From Iphione sp. A-MEVVRFRX5 (Eukaryota): a DNA stretch of 64,000 bases. Within the stretch, counting starts at the first letter, position 1, and each line of letters begins with the position of its first letter. Position numbers and translations under genes: made by a program. This document shows, in pieces, positions 47,901 to 59,660 of the stretch. The notes beneath the pieces were generated by a model. The model was not told the origin of the DNA. It worked only from the letters and a program-made list of their open reading frames with translations, and did not search any database. Location: positions 46,438,001 to 46,502,000 of the forward strand of contig OZ320321.1 in NCBI GenBank assembly GCA_976226885.1, read 5' to 3'.

Positions 47901-50900
47901 CGAAAGATCATCGGAACAATCATTGGCCGTCGATGTGGGGCATTCCTTATGCCTGAGTCAAATTTGGGATGAAGCCACTCGTTCACGGACTTTTACGTCT
48001 CATGTTGACCTTAAACTTTTCCTACTTGAAATTCCGACCTGATTCATGACATAACCGCTGTTTATTTGTACGATAAGAAGCGAAATAACTGAACAGTTGC
48101 CAAATAGTATTTCACCGGCACAATTCTACTACTGTCCTCATGTGAGGAAGAGGGTTGGAACTTTCATATAAAACATCCAATCTTCTAAGTATTACATTTC
48201 CAAGGATACAGTAGTCTTAACCCATTCATGTATGAGCTATACACCGCACACCTTACCTGCGTTAGTCAGCTTCATATAATTACATGTACATTCAGAATGC
48301 ATTGCGAATGATATGCTAATATCTACAAAAGTATAGAAACATACACATCTTAACCTACATAATCTATGTCCTATACGAATCAAGCAAGTACAGGCCCTAG
48401 ATGCGCAGCTTGGATGTTTGAAAAAACTACTGGATATAAAGAGTATTTTGGACCAATTGTAACAAATGCTCTGAAGCAGCACCAGTCTGGCGTCTTGGAT
48501 TTGTATTTACACTGCACATCTACTTCTTAAAGCTTTTTTTAATGTAGGGTCCTATTTGCAAGGGAATAGAGATCCAAGGAGCAACAAAGAGCAATTGATG
48601 TTCACACACTCCCCTTTTCGCCACTAACAGCAGCACGAAGCACTTGGACATAGCATTGACATTGTCATTAAGCCTATCCGGTTGGCCTCTAGCCTAAGTG
48701 CAACAGGTGAAGGGAATTTGTCCGGGTGTAATGATTGGTCAAAATCCCCAGTTAGGCTGGAGAGACCAAGTCCAAGAACAGCGGGAAAACCACGCAATCA
48801 TCTAACTCTATTCTTCAGCGAAGGAGCACCGCTATGCAATTGCCTTGCGCCACCATGTGTTTAGATCAATTGCCATGGCAGCCGTGCAGCGTGGCCAACT
48901 GGGCCAATCCTCAGGTCAGCCTCCTTTGTGGAGTGGGGAACTCTTTGCCGGAGTCAATCTGGGGCCTCTTGGGTTTTGACGTTGAGTTCCTCGAATGGCA
49001 TACACACATGCACACACACTTTCACACTCACACATACACACTTGCGTGGAGGAGACCAGGCTTTCTCGGGCTGTTCATGTTTATCGATAATGACATCCAT
49101 TTCGCCGGCAGCCTGTTTTCATTCTCGCATCTGCATTTGGTCCAGTAGTTCCTCTTATTTCTTACTGTTCGATTGAATGATTTCATGGTACAGCTCGTGG
49201 CCTTAGAGGGAAAAGAAATCGATTGCATTCCCACACTTGCCAGTATTTATTCCAAGTACGTTTGTTTTCAGGGAAAGTTGGGAGAAACCCAGTTTTTCCA
49301 AATAGGGGCTCAAAATTACTGACTTTTCACGAAATAACTCCCCAATCTGGTACCTGTATACATGTTAGGTATTACCTGTACTTTTAGATATGGTATGAAT
49401 TTTGAAGTAGAATCAGTTTTCTGTTGTATTTCCAACTTAATTGTAATGATCGTTACTAATTGCTTCCCGGTGATGATGTCAGTTACACATTTGCTGTTCA
49501 TGGATTTTACATGGTGACAGTCTTGTATCTATACAATACTCAAAAATGTGTGTATAAAACCAGGTTCTATACTGGTACGTAAAACTGTGAGCTGAGTATG
49601 GAAAAGTATTGTTGGCAAATAAACAAGTAACGATAATGTTATGCCCTTGTGCGTACTATGTTTCCTTTAGGCGCACTGCCCTTTGATCTGCTAACCCCTC
49701 AGTCTATACACTACATAGGATTACCAGAACACAAATGGAAAAATTGGCAAATACTCGTTCTGGCATTTCACAGTCGAGCTACAGGGCGTGTAGATGCACT
49801 GTGGTGTTGATTTGTGGACAGGGTGGCTCACGGATATATGTAGGATGATGGTGGTTCTCCCCCCTTCCCCGTTGCACCCGTCAGGCCTTCTTTCATTTAA
49901 AGTCTCTTATTCTTTCAGACATTCTGACGGCTTCCCCCCCTTCTCTCAACCCCAATTCTTCATATGAATGACAACCATTGAAAATAATGCTACAGGTACT
50001 GGAGTCGCATTTATCAGCTAGCTTTTGGCAGCAGACTTAGCATACAGTGTTACCTCCTCCCAAGGGCACCATTGGTTCCTATTGAATTTAGGGGATATCC
50101 TTAGTCTTGTAAGGCTCAATATGTAGCCAAAGAATGATGCTATTCTGCCCAAAGTGTCTGCGGTCTAAGGTTGTCTCCTGTCATAGGTGTCCTCAGTTTT
50201 AAGTTTATGCTGTATTAGAATAATGTTAGCAGTTAACTGTTAGCCGGAGACTAAATATGTTTTAAAATATACATGTATGTTGTGCTATTTAATTAAATAA
50301 TTTGAGAAAAAAATAGTCCAAAAATGTGGCAGTTATCAGAAGTATGTCAGGAGGCAGAAAAAATGCGGAAAACTGGAGAACCCCTGTGAGTGATGCAGTG
50401 TTTTAATTAAGCATGTGCCTAAGCGTGACAGTGTATTAAAGAAACCAGTGTTCAAAGCATAGGGAGGCAGTGTCATCGCACGACAAGGTAGACCCTTGAA
50501 AGGGGAAAAGAATGGCTCGTCTTATCTGTGTGGTCTATTGACGGCTCCGACGATGGATAACAAAGCCCTTCTTACGTCGTCCCACCACCCACCCACCCAC
50601 AAGCCAGCGGGTATAGTGGCCGGCATAAATAGAAAAAAACACGAATGGAAAAAAACAAGACAGCATGGTACCAGACCTGGGTAAATACTCCTGAAACAGG
50701 TCGGCTTCAAAGTAGAAAGAGACTTTTTTAACCTCTTGCACGAGACCTTGCCGGAAGGAAAAGGATAAGGAGAAAATATTGTAAACGACAGCACCGAGAG
50801 AGTTCCCTTGGTCAAGTCCTCTTCCTGTAGGCGGATTATTGTGAGGAGGTCTAGTAGATCAGCTTTTCTATGAAAGTGAAAAACGTCAAGAATAGATCAC

Positions 50901-51125
50901 CTTCTTGGGCGATCATGTACTTGCTTTACAAGGGAAATAACATGTAAATGTGCCCAGGAATCACTGACCTAGTTCTTCCGAGTGGTCTTGTAAGAACCTT
51001 ATAAAGAACCTTTCTGTTACGGTGGTATGTTTGAAAATGCCCCCACTTTGGTTTATTTTACCACCAATGGTATTAAATCTGTTCTTAGTAAACGCAAATA
51101 TAAATAGAAATTGTTTAATGGTTTA

Positions 51126-51129
<4 letters not shown>

Positions 51130-51176
<47 letters not shown>

Positions 51177-51200
51177 ACCACTACTACTACTACTACTACT
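51130..51200 (+). repeat. compound microsatellite (TC)n(TAC)n
   Basis: Directly visible. Confidence 0.95.
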
Positions 51201-54200
51201 CTGTTCATAGCTGTCAGAGAGAGTGTCTGAAAATGACTGGACCGTATAGATGCTTTGATGCTTCTATACGACTGTGTGTCCGTTGTGCTCTGACTGTTCA
51301 TGCAAAAGGACCCCCGTCATTTCTTGTCGACGACTGAGGAGTCGTCATTACCCGCTGTCTTGAGCAGAAGATTGGGGCCTGTCTCCACAGTGCTGAAAGG
51401 ACAATATCAAATGAGACCACATTGGAAGGCAGCGGGAACTGAATGGGCCATATTGTTTGCAAGCTGTTTCCGTAGTGGCTGTTGCAAAGCGTGAAACCCA
51501 ACAGATTTTACTCTGAATTCATGTCTCTCAATGGAAAGGGGAAATTACAAATAGTTGCATGCAGGGTATACATCACGATATGCAAGGGGTACGGTCATAG
51601 AGTGGCAGATTGACGCAGAACAGCAAATATGTTTTATGTAAGAGGCTTATGGATCCACAAACTATCAATAGAAAGGATAAATCACTAGAGGAGGACAGGG
51701 AGAACATAGTTTCAAGCATGTTTTAGCTCAAAACAGCCAAGGCGTTGGGTTTTAAACTGGTCTGTTTAAGGAGCTAAACCCAGCATTACTCAAATATCTT
51801 ACCTGACCAAGGATCTGGTTATGTAAAGCCCTGTCCACCTAAAGATACACAGAGCCTGCCTCTAAATACAATACAGCCATAATACTGATAAGTATGGATG
51901 CATAGCTTGATCATACATTTAGCCCTAAACGTTATGATTTCGCTGCAAATCCAGTGCGGTGTCCTGGTGATAAGGAAGAAACATACTTTTTTTTTGCTGC
52001 ATTGTATATCTGGTCTTTGTGATAAAAGGTAACCAGTAAAGACCCCATCCATGTGCATCAATTGCATTTAAGAAGGCCGAAGTTTACTCAGGAGTTCGTA
52101 ACGGCAAAGGCATTGGAGGAGAAGATAGTGATACATGTACTTAACCTTAAATGAATGTATCCTTCAGATATAATGGCTGTGTTCTCATTAGGCTTGCGAG
52201 ACTAAATACCTGATGAAAATGAACTGAGGTGAGTACGCACATATGCCTGTATTCTTATCAAAATAACGAAGGGAATGTCCCCCAAGATAAACATAAAAGG
52301 AACGCTTTTAAAATGGAATATAAATAAGCAGGTATTCTCGAGAAACCTCTCAGAAAAAGTCAATATATCACACCTACTTCTTCCTAGTGAAGTAACTTTT
52401 AAATAAAACGTTATTCTTAGCACGACCACCATGCTGAAAATTGTATTGCGCATTCCCCACACCTATCTCTGTATCACATTTCAACTTCTAATTCTCGTCA
52501 GCTGCGATTTGGAATGCACGTACACGGCCTGCATTTAGATCTATTGTCTTGTACAAGATGTGTGTTGAAATAAAAATATAATTACTGAAACGTAGCAATT
52601 ATGAATTGGGAATGAAAACAAACAAGCTAATACACAAACTAAGTCTGTGACATGCCCATCTACAGTCTGAGTGCGTGGATGTGTAGCTATGCCAGGTACC
52701 ATCAGATTTCAGTCAACATAGCCATATCCAGCGTGGATCCTCTTACAGCCAAAGGTTCTCCCTTTTATAATCCGTTATGAACCTTGCTTTTACTGTCTTT
52801 GTAGAAATCCAGGTCGCCTAGCATCACATTATATTTGTTGTTGGGACATGTTGTAATCCCCTAGAAGCTATCGTGTCTTTGTATTTCACTACCGGGCGAA
52901 GAAGATCTCTAATCAGATGGGAAAACATTGGTGAAAGAGTGCATTATGGAATTGGTTCTCACCTTGTTGTTCGTTTTTCTTGCGGCTGTCTCGGTCCTCA
53001 AATGAGGTAATTTGTACCTTGCATACTTTTCCAAACATATTTGTCTTATATGTGTGTATTACTGTTGTATATATTATATTGCTTGTACATAATATCGAGA
53101 TATTCCTCTTTCCTGCGTAATAACTACAGGGCTGCAATGATAGGCACGAGTGGGAGGAAACAAAGCATATGGAGATGTGAATGGGGCCTTCACGCAAGAC
53201 GATATGTTTATCACGTAGATTAAATGGAATCCGTTACTATCATATGACTCTTCGGTATGAGAACATTCCTCAGAATTATGACAGGCATTCCTATCTGTCG
53301 ACTCATCTTGGGTTTGCCAGGGGCGATGTTGTAAACTCACTGATTCTATATCAAAACACACCTGTAGCGCGTAGTGGTGGATGGGATTCTATATAATTGT
53401 TCTAGAGTAATCAATCAGCATTCTACCCTTCCTAAAAAAGAGACATTCAATTATTTGTGACGTACCTTTCTATCCCATTCGACGCAAAAGAAGAGAACGA
53501 TTGACTTGCGATCGACTGAACCTGAGACGTACAAACTGAAAAGCCTCCTTTATTTTCAGATACCGCACTTGAAATGTTGCGACCAAAGCGACCACACAAT
53601 TTCCTTGGTCTAATTATTTGCAGTCACATCCGTCATCCACGGTCTGACTCCCAAAACAAAACATATATGGTGAATTTTTAGGCAGGTCGGCGCGCCTACC
53701 GACTAAAAAAACCCTAACTTAACGGGCTATCCTTGGCTGAATCGGGTCACGTCGTCTACTTAATCATAGTACAAGACCCTACAACAGTAACTGTTAAATT
53801 GTCAATAATAATATGGCTTATATGAAATCAATCATCCAAAACTTAAGGCCAAAAGACTATTGATTCATTATAATTTTTACTTAGTTCCTTCAAATATGAT
53901 TTGTGTTGGAGACATAGCAAGGTACCTGGCACACAGGTGAGTGCGACAAAGTATAGACCCTAATCATCTCTTCTCATTTGACTACATGCATGTTCTTATA
54001 AACGTACCTATCTCTCGCTCAATATGGGTTTCCCTCGAGTCAGAGAAGACAAAGACATGAATTGACTGTAAGCTGCATCTGAATGACGTTCTTAAGACTA
54101 ACAATAAATGGTACAACTGCGTTAATGTCATGAAACAACCACTTCAGAACCATACGTTACCTCCTCGTTCAATCGCGAATCGTACGCCGAAGAAACAGCC

Positions 54201-55092
54201 GAAGCGGCTTTGTTCATACAGTAGAAACCACAACGCATTCCCGGAGGGTTCCGATGTAATTATTTTTTTCTTACTGATCACACAGTAATTGCCATCTAGT
54301 CGTGAATAAAACCGATGGGCAACCTGAAGAAGGCGTACTGTTTGGGGGTAGTACAGTGTCTGTCTCGTGAGCCCATACACGTCACTGTCATGCTTCAAGC
54401 AGACGGCATTAGTTATGATAGATTATCTGCGCTAAATTGATATCCTTATTCAGTTTTTGGGTGCCTGGGACTACAATGCAAGAGGACAGCTTACAAATGC
54501 CTCCTGCAAATACTAGCCCCCGTATATACACTAAGATATAAGGTTCCCTTCATGCATCGTTGTTCCCCGTCTCCACAACAACCAAGACGGCACCACCACC
54601 AATAACACAGCAAGGCAAATTTCAAACCCCTTCCAACACACGTCCTGTAAACGTTGTACCCCACTTCCTGCCAATTAAAACCAGCTTGCTCCAGCAACCG
54701 CTCCACAAATACATACCCAATAATTGTCGGCTATCATTTTTGCTGAGAAAATGATCAAAAACATGTGATAAAGATATAATTAATCCACTTTGTATTTTTG
54801 TTTCCGTAGAATAACTTCAAAAGGGGAAAACTGAATATATCATAGTGGGAGACAATCCCTCTTGTTGCGTTGGCCCCAAGCCAATCGAGCAGCCATGGGA
54901 TCCAGTCGTGCCCATGCTTCTTTGGGCAATTATATCGTTCCTATCTACCAAAAACTGACCCTGCCCGCTATACTCCAGTTCCATAGTATGACTTGGGACA
55001 CGGCTGCTAGTTCTCCCTGTAGATTTCTCTGAACAGAGGTTGAATAATGAATACATGTATGACACAAATTCTAAAACTTCTTCGCGTGTGAA

Positions 55093-55156
55093 CATTTGTC
55101 GGAAGAACAGCAGGTTTGTAAATCATTTGTCGGAAGAACAGCAGGTTTGTAAATCA
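55093..55156 (+). repeat. perfect 31-bp tandem duplication
   Basis: CATTTGTCGGAAGAACAGCAGGTTTGTAAAT occurs twice in succession. Confidence 0.9.
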
Positions 55157-55711
55157 CATAATGAAGCTAAAGTTTCTGTATTTTCTAAATGCATACGCAT
55201 TCCTGCTTTCATCGTGCATTGAGCTTTCCCTTGTGTCTGAATACGCTGAACTAGTACATAGTCAGACCATATACATGTACCAGACAAAATATCGACCAAA
55301 ACCGAGACAGATTTGCAGACAAAACCCAATGCTTCGTACTGCAGGTAATTCCGCGGTTACTTTACACTTTGTGATGAATCTAAATTAAGGCTATTGACAT
55401 CCTGTGGTGAAATGAGCTTCAAAAGCATCGACTATAAGACCCAATTAATCAGAATCTATGAGGCAGCACATTACCCAGAGGACTTAACACTGTATCAGTG
55501 ACGATTCGAAATACCGTAGAAGCTCATGACTGGGGTTCTAAAATGGTTAACCGTGACCCCGCACTGATTTCTATATCCCAGGAAACGTACTGAATCCTGT
55601 GTCCCATCACGCCATGATTTTTTGTAAGAAAGGCAGCGATTGGCGAGCAAGGCGGAAGTGTTTATTGCGCACGTCCGAAATAAGGCGGGCACTTTTGGAT
55701 TTGACGTTCTC

Positions 55712-57415
55712 ATGGCGGACAATATGTCAAATTTCGTGAAAGGCGAGTTGTGTTTTTTTATGGACCGGAACGTGATAATCGAGGACAAATACAAACCCCC
55801 CGGGATGGAATTCAATCTATATGCCGTGAAAGACGTTCTGGACGGGCAAAAAAGCACGGCGACAGTGGAGCAACTGAGCAAAATCGAGGCCGCTAATTTT
55901 GATCTCGACATGGATCTGGACGATTTTGCAACGCCAGAGCAAGGCCAAAACAGAGGCAGACAAAGATTTTACATGCCAGAGGCCACAGAGATCGACGACA
56001 TGAAGAAAGAGGACAACAAGAAAAGTACAGTTGAACAAACGCGCTGGGCGGTCAAAATATTTCGAGGTAACCATCCCAGTCCCTGAATGATTTAGTCAAA
56101 CTTTGAAATTAATACAGTCGTAGGTGCGTGTCACTCTCCCATACTAATCACTTGTTGAAAATTATATTTTTCAGATTGGCTCGTGGCAGTTGGCGAGGAA
56201 GCCCAGTTTGAGGATATGACGACCGAGGATTTAGCCCGCCTGCTTGAAAAATTCTACACGGGGGTGCGGACCAAATCGCTGGAGATGTATAGCAAGAGTG
56301 CTATGAAGAACATTAGATGCGGCATTCAAAGGCACCTGGCTTCGCTCCCAAACAACCGTGACATAAATATTATGGGTGACAAAGAGTTCCGCCAGGCAAA
56401 TCAAGCGTACAGTGGTTATATTGCCCGGATCCGCACCACTGGTCGTGACAAAACAGCACACAAGCCCTTAATTGAAGCTGAGGACGTGGCCTTGCTCTAC
56501 AAGAACATTTTCAACAATACCCCGACAGGACTCCAACGCAAAGTGTTTTTTGATGTACTTTTCCATTTTGGTAGACGGGGACGCGAGGGACTGCGTTATT
56601 TAACCCGTGAATCTTTTGTTGTAGAAAAGGATGCGGCAGGCCACTCGTACGTTACTATGGCGTATAATGAAACTGAGAAAACCCGGTCGGGGCTGAAACA
56701 TGACGAAGAGGACAGTTTCAAGACAATGTATGAATTACCTGATGATCCACAGAGGTGTCCAGTGAGCTCGTTCCGCAAGTATATGTCTCTGTTAAATCCC
56801 AAGTGCGCAGCGTTTTTCCAGCGCGCCAAGAAGAGATACGACAGCAGGGACACCATTTGGTACGACAATGCCCCAATTGGGGTAAACACCTTGTACTCCA
56901 TGATGGCGACAATGTCTAAGGAGGGCGGGTTGTCACGCATATACACTAATCACTGCGTTCGGCGAACATGTGTCACGACCCTAGATCGCGCAGGATATTC
57001 TGCAGAAAAAATCCAGTCCGTTACGGGCCACAAAAATGCCCAGTCGCTGAAGCCCTACATGGGCGGAGCCTCAAAGGGTGTCAAAAAGTCAATGTCGAAT
57101 GTACTGTCGACATATGGCAAAGATGCAGAGAAGAAACAAGATGATGACGAGACAGGCCCCAAAATGGAAAAACCACGTGCTGTCGTTCTTCGTGATACCA
57201 CCAACATGCCGACTGCCGCTGCAGTGGACCGTGCCGAGAAGAGCATCCCGACTGCCGCTGGAGTGGACAACGACGCAGATATGGCAGTCGAAATCCCATC
57301 ATCCCAGGTGATTACCAACAACACAATGTCCGTGCGGAAGGACGATATTTTCAAGTGTCTTTTCAGTGGAAACACCAGGCTGGAAAACTGCACGATCAAC
57401 GTCCACTACAAGTGA
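55712..57415 (+). CDS. Crypton tyrosine recombinase, two exons: join(55712..56066,56175..57415), ~531 aa
   Basis: Removing the 108-bp GT-AG intron (56067-56174) joins the frames as STVEQTRWAVKIFR-D-WL. The catalytic set is intact: HFGRRGRE (R), NHCVR (HxxR), TGH (H), LKPY (Y). Confidence 0.92.
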
Positions 57416-57774
57416 GGACACTCCACACGTCTGTGTGACCTAGTTCCGACTCAGGAAGGAGAACTGATTTTTCGAGGAAAATAACATTTATGGTGTTTCT
57501 GATACGTTTGACTATTAGTTGTCGCATTTGACAAGATCTGAGTTACTTTTTACGGTTTTCAGCGTTGATTATTTGAATTTTGGGAACTACGCAGAAGGCG
57601 GATGTTTACATGCATCGGCCAATGAGAGGGAGCGTTGCAAAGACAAGTTGAATAAAGGTTTCAAAATGGCGTCTAGTCGCTTCTGTTTCTTGCTTCGGCC
57701 AGGAATGCTAGGGGTAAATATGCATTAAAATAGTGTATTTTAGCTGGAATTTTAGTAAAAACCATTTCAGAACC

Positions 57775-57906
57775 GCGATTGGGGACTTTTTCTCGTGCTG
57801 GGCCTGATATCCCAGTGCCTCCGGCCTCGGGCTTGGACTGCGTCCAAGCCCTCGGCCGTCGGCACTGGGATATCCGGGCCCAGCACTCGATTCCGTCCTC
57901 AATCGC
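57775..57906. repeat. long imperfect palindrome/hairpin at the Crypton right end
   Basis: GTGCTGGGCC-GATATCCCAGTGCC-CGGCC-GGGCTTGGAC(tgc)GTCCAAGCCC-GGCCG-GGCACTGGGATATC-GGCCCAGCAC, enclosed by GCGATTGGGGA / TCCTCAATCGC. Confidence 0.9.
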
Positions 57907-58869
57907 TTAGACACCAAAGGCACCCTTAGGTTGGGGGACACTTTCGGCTGGAAGAGCATCATACCCTGGCTATACGTGGAACCATCCAGGACTGGGGACA
58001 AACCCTCAATGGGGACACTTTCACTTGGAAGCAAGGGTGTCCCCAGTTCCAAGGAACAACTGTATGTGTTAACAAAGACGACAAACCCTAGAACAGTTAG
58101 TGTGCACCTTTGATGGGCTTTGTGCCAGCTCACAGTGAGTCACCTACATTTATAATGACACTGCCAATATTATTAACCACTGTATTTAGCAGAAAATCAT
58201 TCAAATATAACGATGAGTGCAAATAATGTGTATCATACAGAGGTGCGTGGAAAAAATGATATATAAAAATATGCTAAGGCTCCAGAGTACTTGTTCCATC
58301 TAAAACATGTCTGCTCCGACCTACCAAAAAGTGGCATTCATGTATTTAAAAGGTGTAACCATCCCGTGTCACGCAAGTCTAATGTGGTAGCTCCTAGATT
58401 TGCATGATAAAGGCTAACATTTGTCAGGTTTGACTCGCAGCTTTTAGTCAGGAGATTATGTCATGTATGGCAAGCAACATGTTCTGCGTGGCTGCTGCCG
58501 TCAGGTTTCGGCACGCTTTCTCTCTCCTCTTGGTCTACATGGATTGACCAGCTGACTCACTCCCAGTTCAGACGGTTTTGTGTTGTGTACAAACTCGCCT
58601 GTAGCATTAATAAACTGAGCGCCAGCAAGTCACGACAGTCGACAGATTCGAATGCTATAGAAAACCTAATTCAGGTTCATCTATTTTTCGTTTTAGTCAT
58701 TTTCTTCTGTTTTGATATCAATCGAAGTTCACCAACAGGAGTGTTCTATCAACTTCTTGAGACATGGGGATTGTGATTAGTGGATGGTTTTCACAACTTT
58801 TACCGACGGGGGTAGTATAATTGATCCTTAGGTAATGGCAAGGAGGTAGGGCAATGTGAAGAAAATACA

Positions 58870-59660
58870 TATAAATCCAGATTCATTCCATTATGGCAAG
58901 AAGAATTATTTTCGAGTTTACAGTAATTTATTTAGCACAGCTGCATAACCTGAAATACATATAATTGCAAGGTCTTGGTATAAGGTGAAACGAAGAGGTG
59001 CTGTACCTTATTCTTTACCATCATAGTGACAAGACTTATTTTTGAATGTACAGCATTCTATTTACTATAAACTGGTAGTGGTTAAATAATTGTAAGAGTG
59101 TAGGAAAAATGTGTAAATTGATAGGTTCAAAGCACGGCTCCTTACTATGAAGCTATTTGTTCCTATATAGTACATGTATTGTATTCATCAAAGCTAGGTA
59201 ACCTGTAGATAACTGCAAGAACATAGGATGGTGAAAAATAATAGGTACAAAGCATGGTTCTTTATCATCATGGTAAGACAATTTAAGAGATTTTATTGTT
59301 TCAACCATAGCTACATGATTGGAAGGATGTGGAGAAGGCTGGAAAAAAGAGGCATGGTTCTTCACACCATTTTGGCAAGAGGACTTACCTTCAATTTACA
59401 GAAGTCTAATTACATTACATAGTTAGGTTTTAGATAATAAAAAGGATTCAGGAAAAAGTGGAAAGTGATTGATACAAACCTAATCCTTCACCACTGTCTT
59501 ACGAGGAAATACCTTAAAGTTTACAGTTTTCTGTTCATCAGGGCTACCTACTCTTCAGAGAATTGCATAGACCGAGGAACGAGTGGAAAACAATAAATAC
59601 AAAGCATGATACTTTTACCGTTTTCGTAAGAAGAATTATTTTTGAATTTACATCATTTCA
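58870..59660 (+). repeat. old, highly diverged ~120-bp tandem array (~7 units)
   Basis: An AAAGCATGGTTCTTTACCATCATGGCAAGAAGAATTATTTT...TTTACAG-like motif recurs at ~120-bp spacing. Confidence 0.6.

Larger units (their letters stand above)
55480..57910 (+). mobile_element. Crypton-type tyrosine-recombinase DNA transposon (ends approximate)
   Basis: It contains a YR/DUF3504-type CDS with an intron. Subterminal inverted repeats are at 55534-55548 and 57760-57774 (14/15 match). There is a long terminal hairpin and no RT. Confidence 0.75.

Noticed and set aside
51298-51501. LPSNVVSFDIVLS resembling a Penelope RT motif
   Set aside because: The match is too short and the flanking RT motifs are absent.
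52192-52228. 37-nt exon-like segment (TTCTCATTAG...GAG|GTGAGT)
   Set aside because: Stops occur in all three frames. It could be a non-coding exon but cannot be supported from sequence alone.
57931-58047. Repeated and inverted GGGGACA motifs (similar ones near 41540-41610)
   Set aside because: Probably worn MITE remnants, too degenerate to delimit.
57708-58133. 141-aa minus-strand ORF at the Crypton end
   Set aside because: It runs through the GC-rich palindrome, has a non-ATG start and shows no domain.
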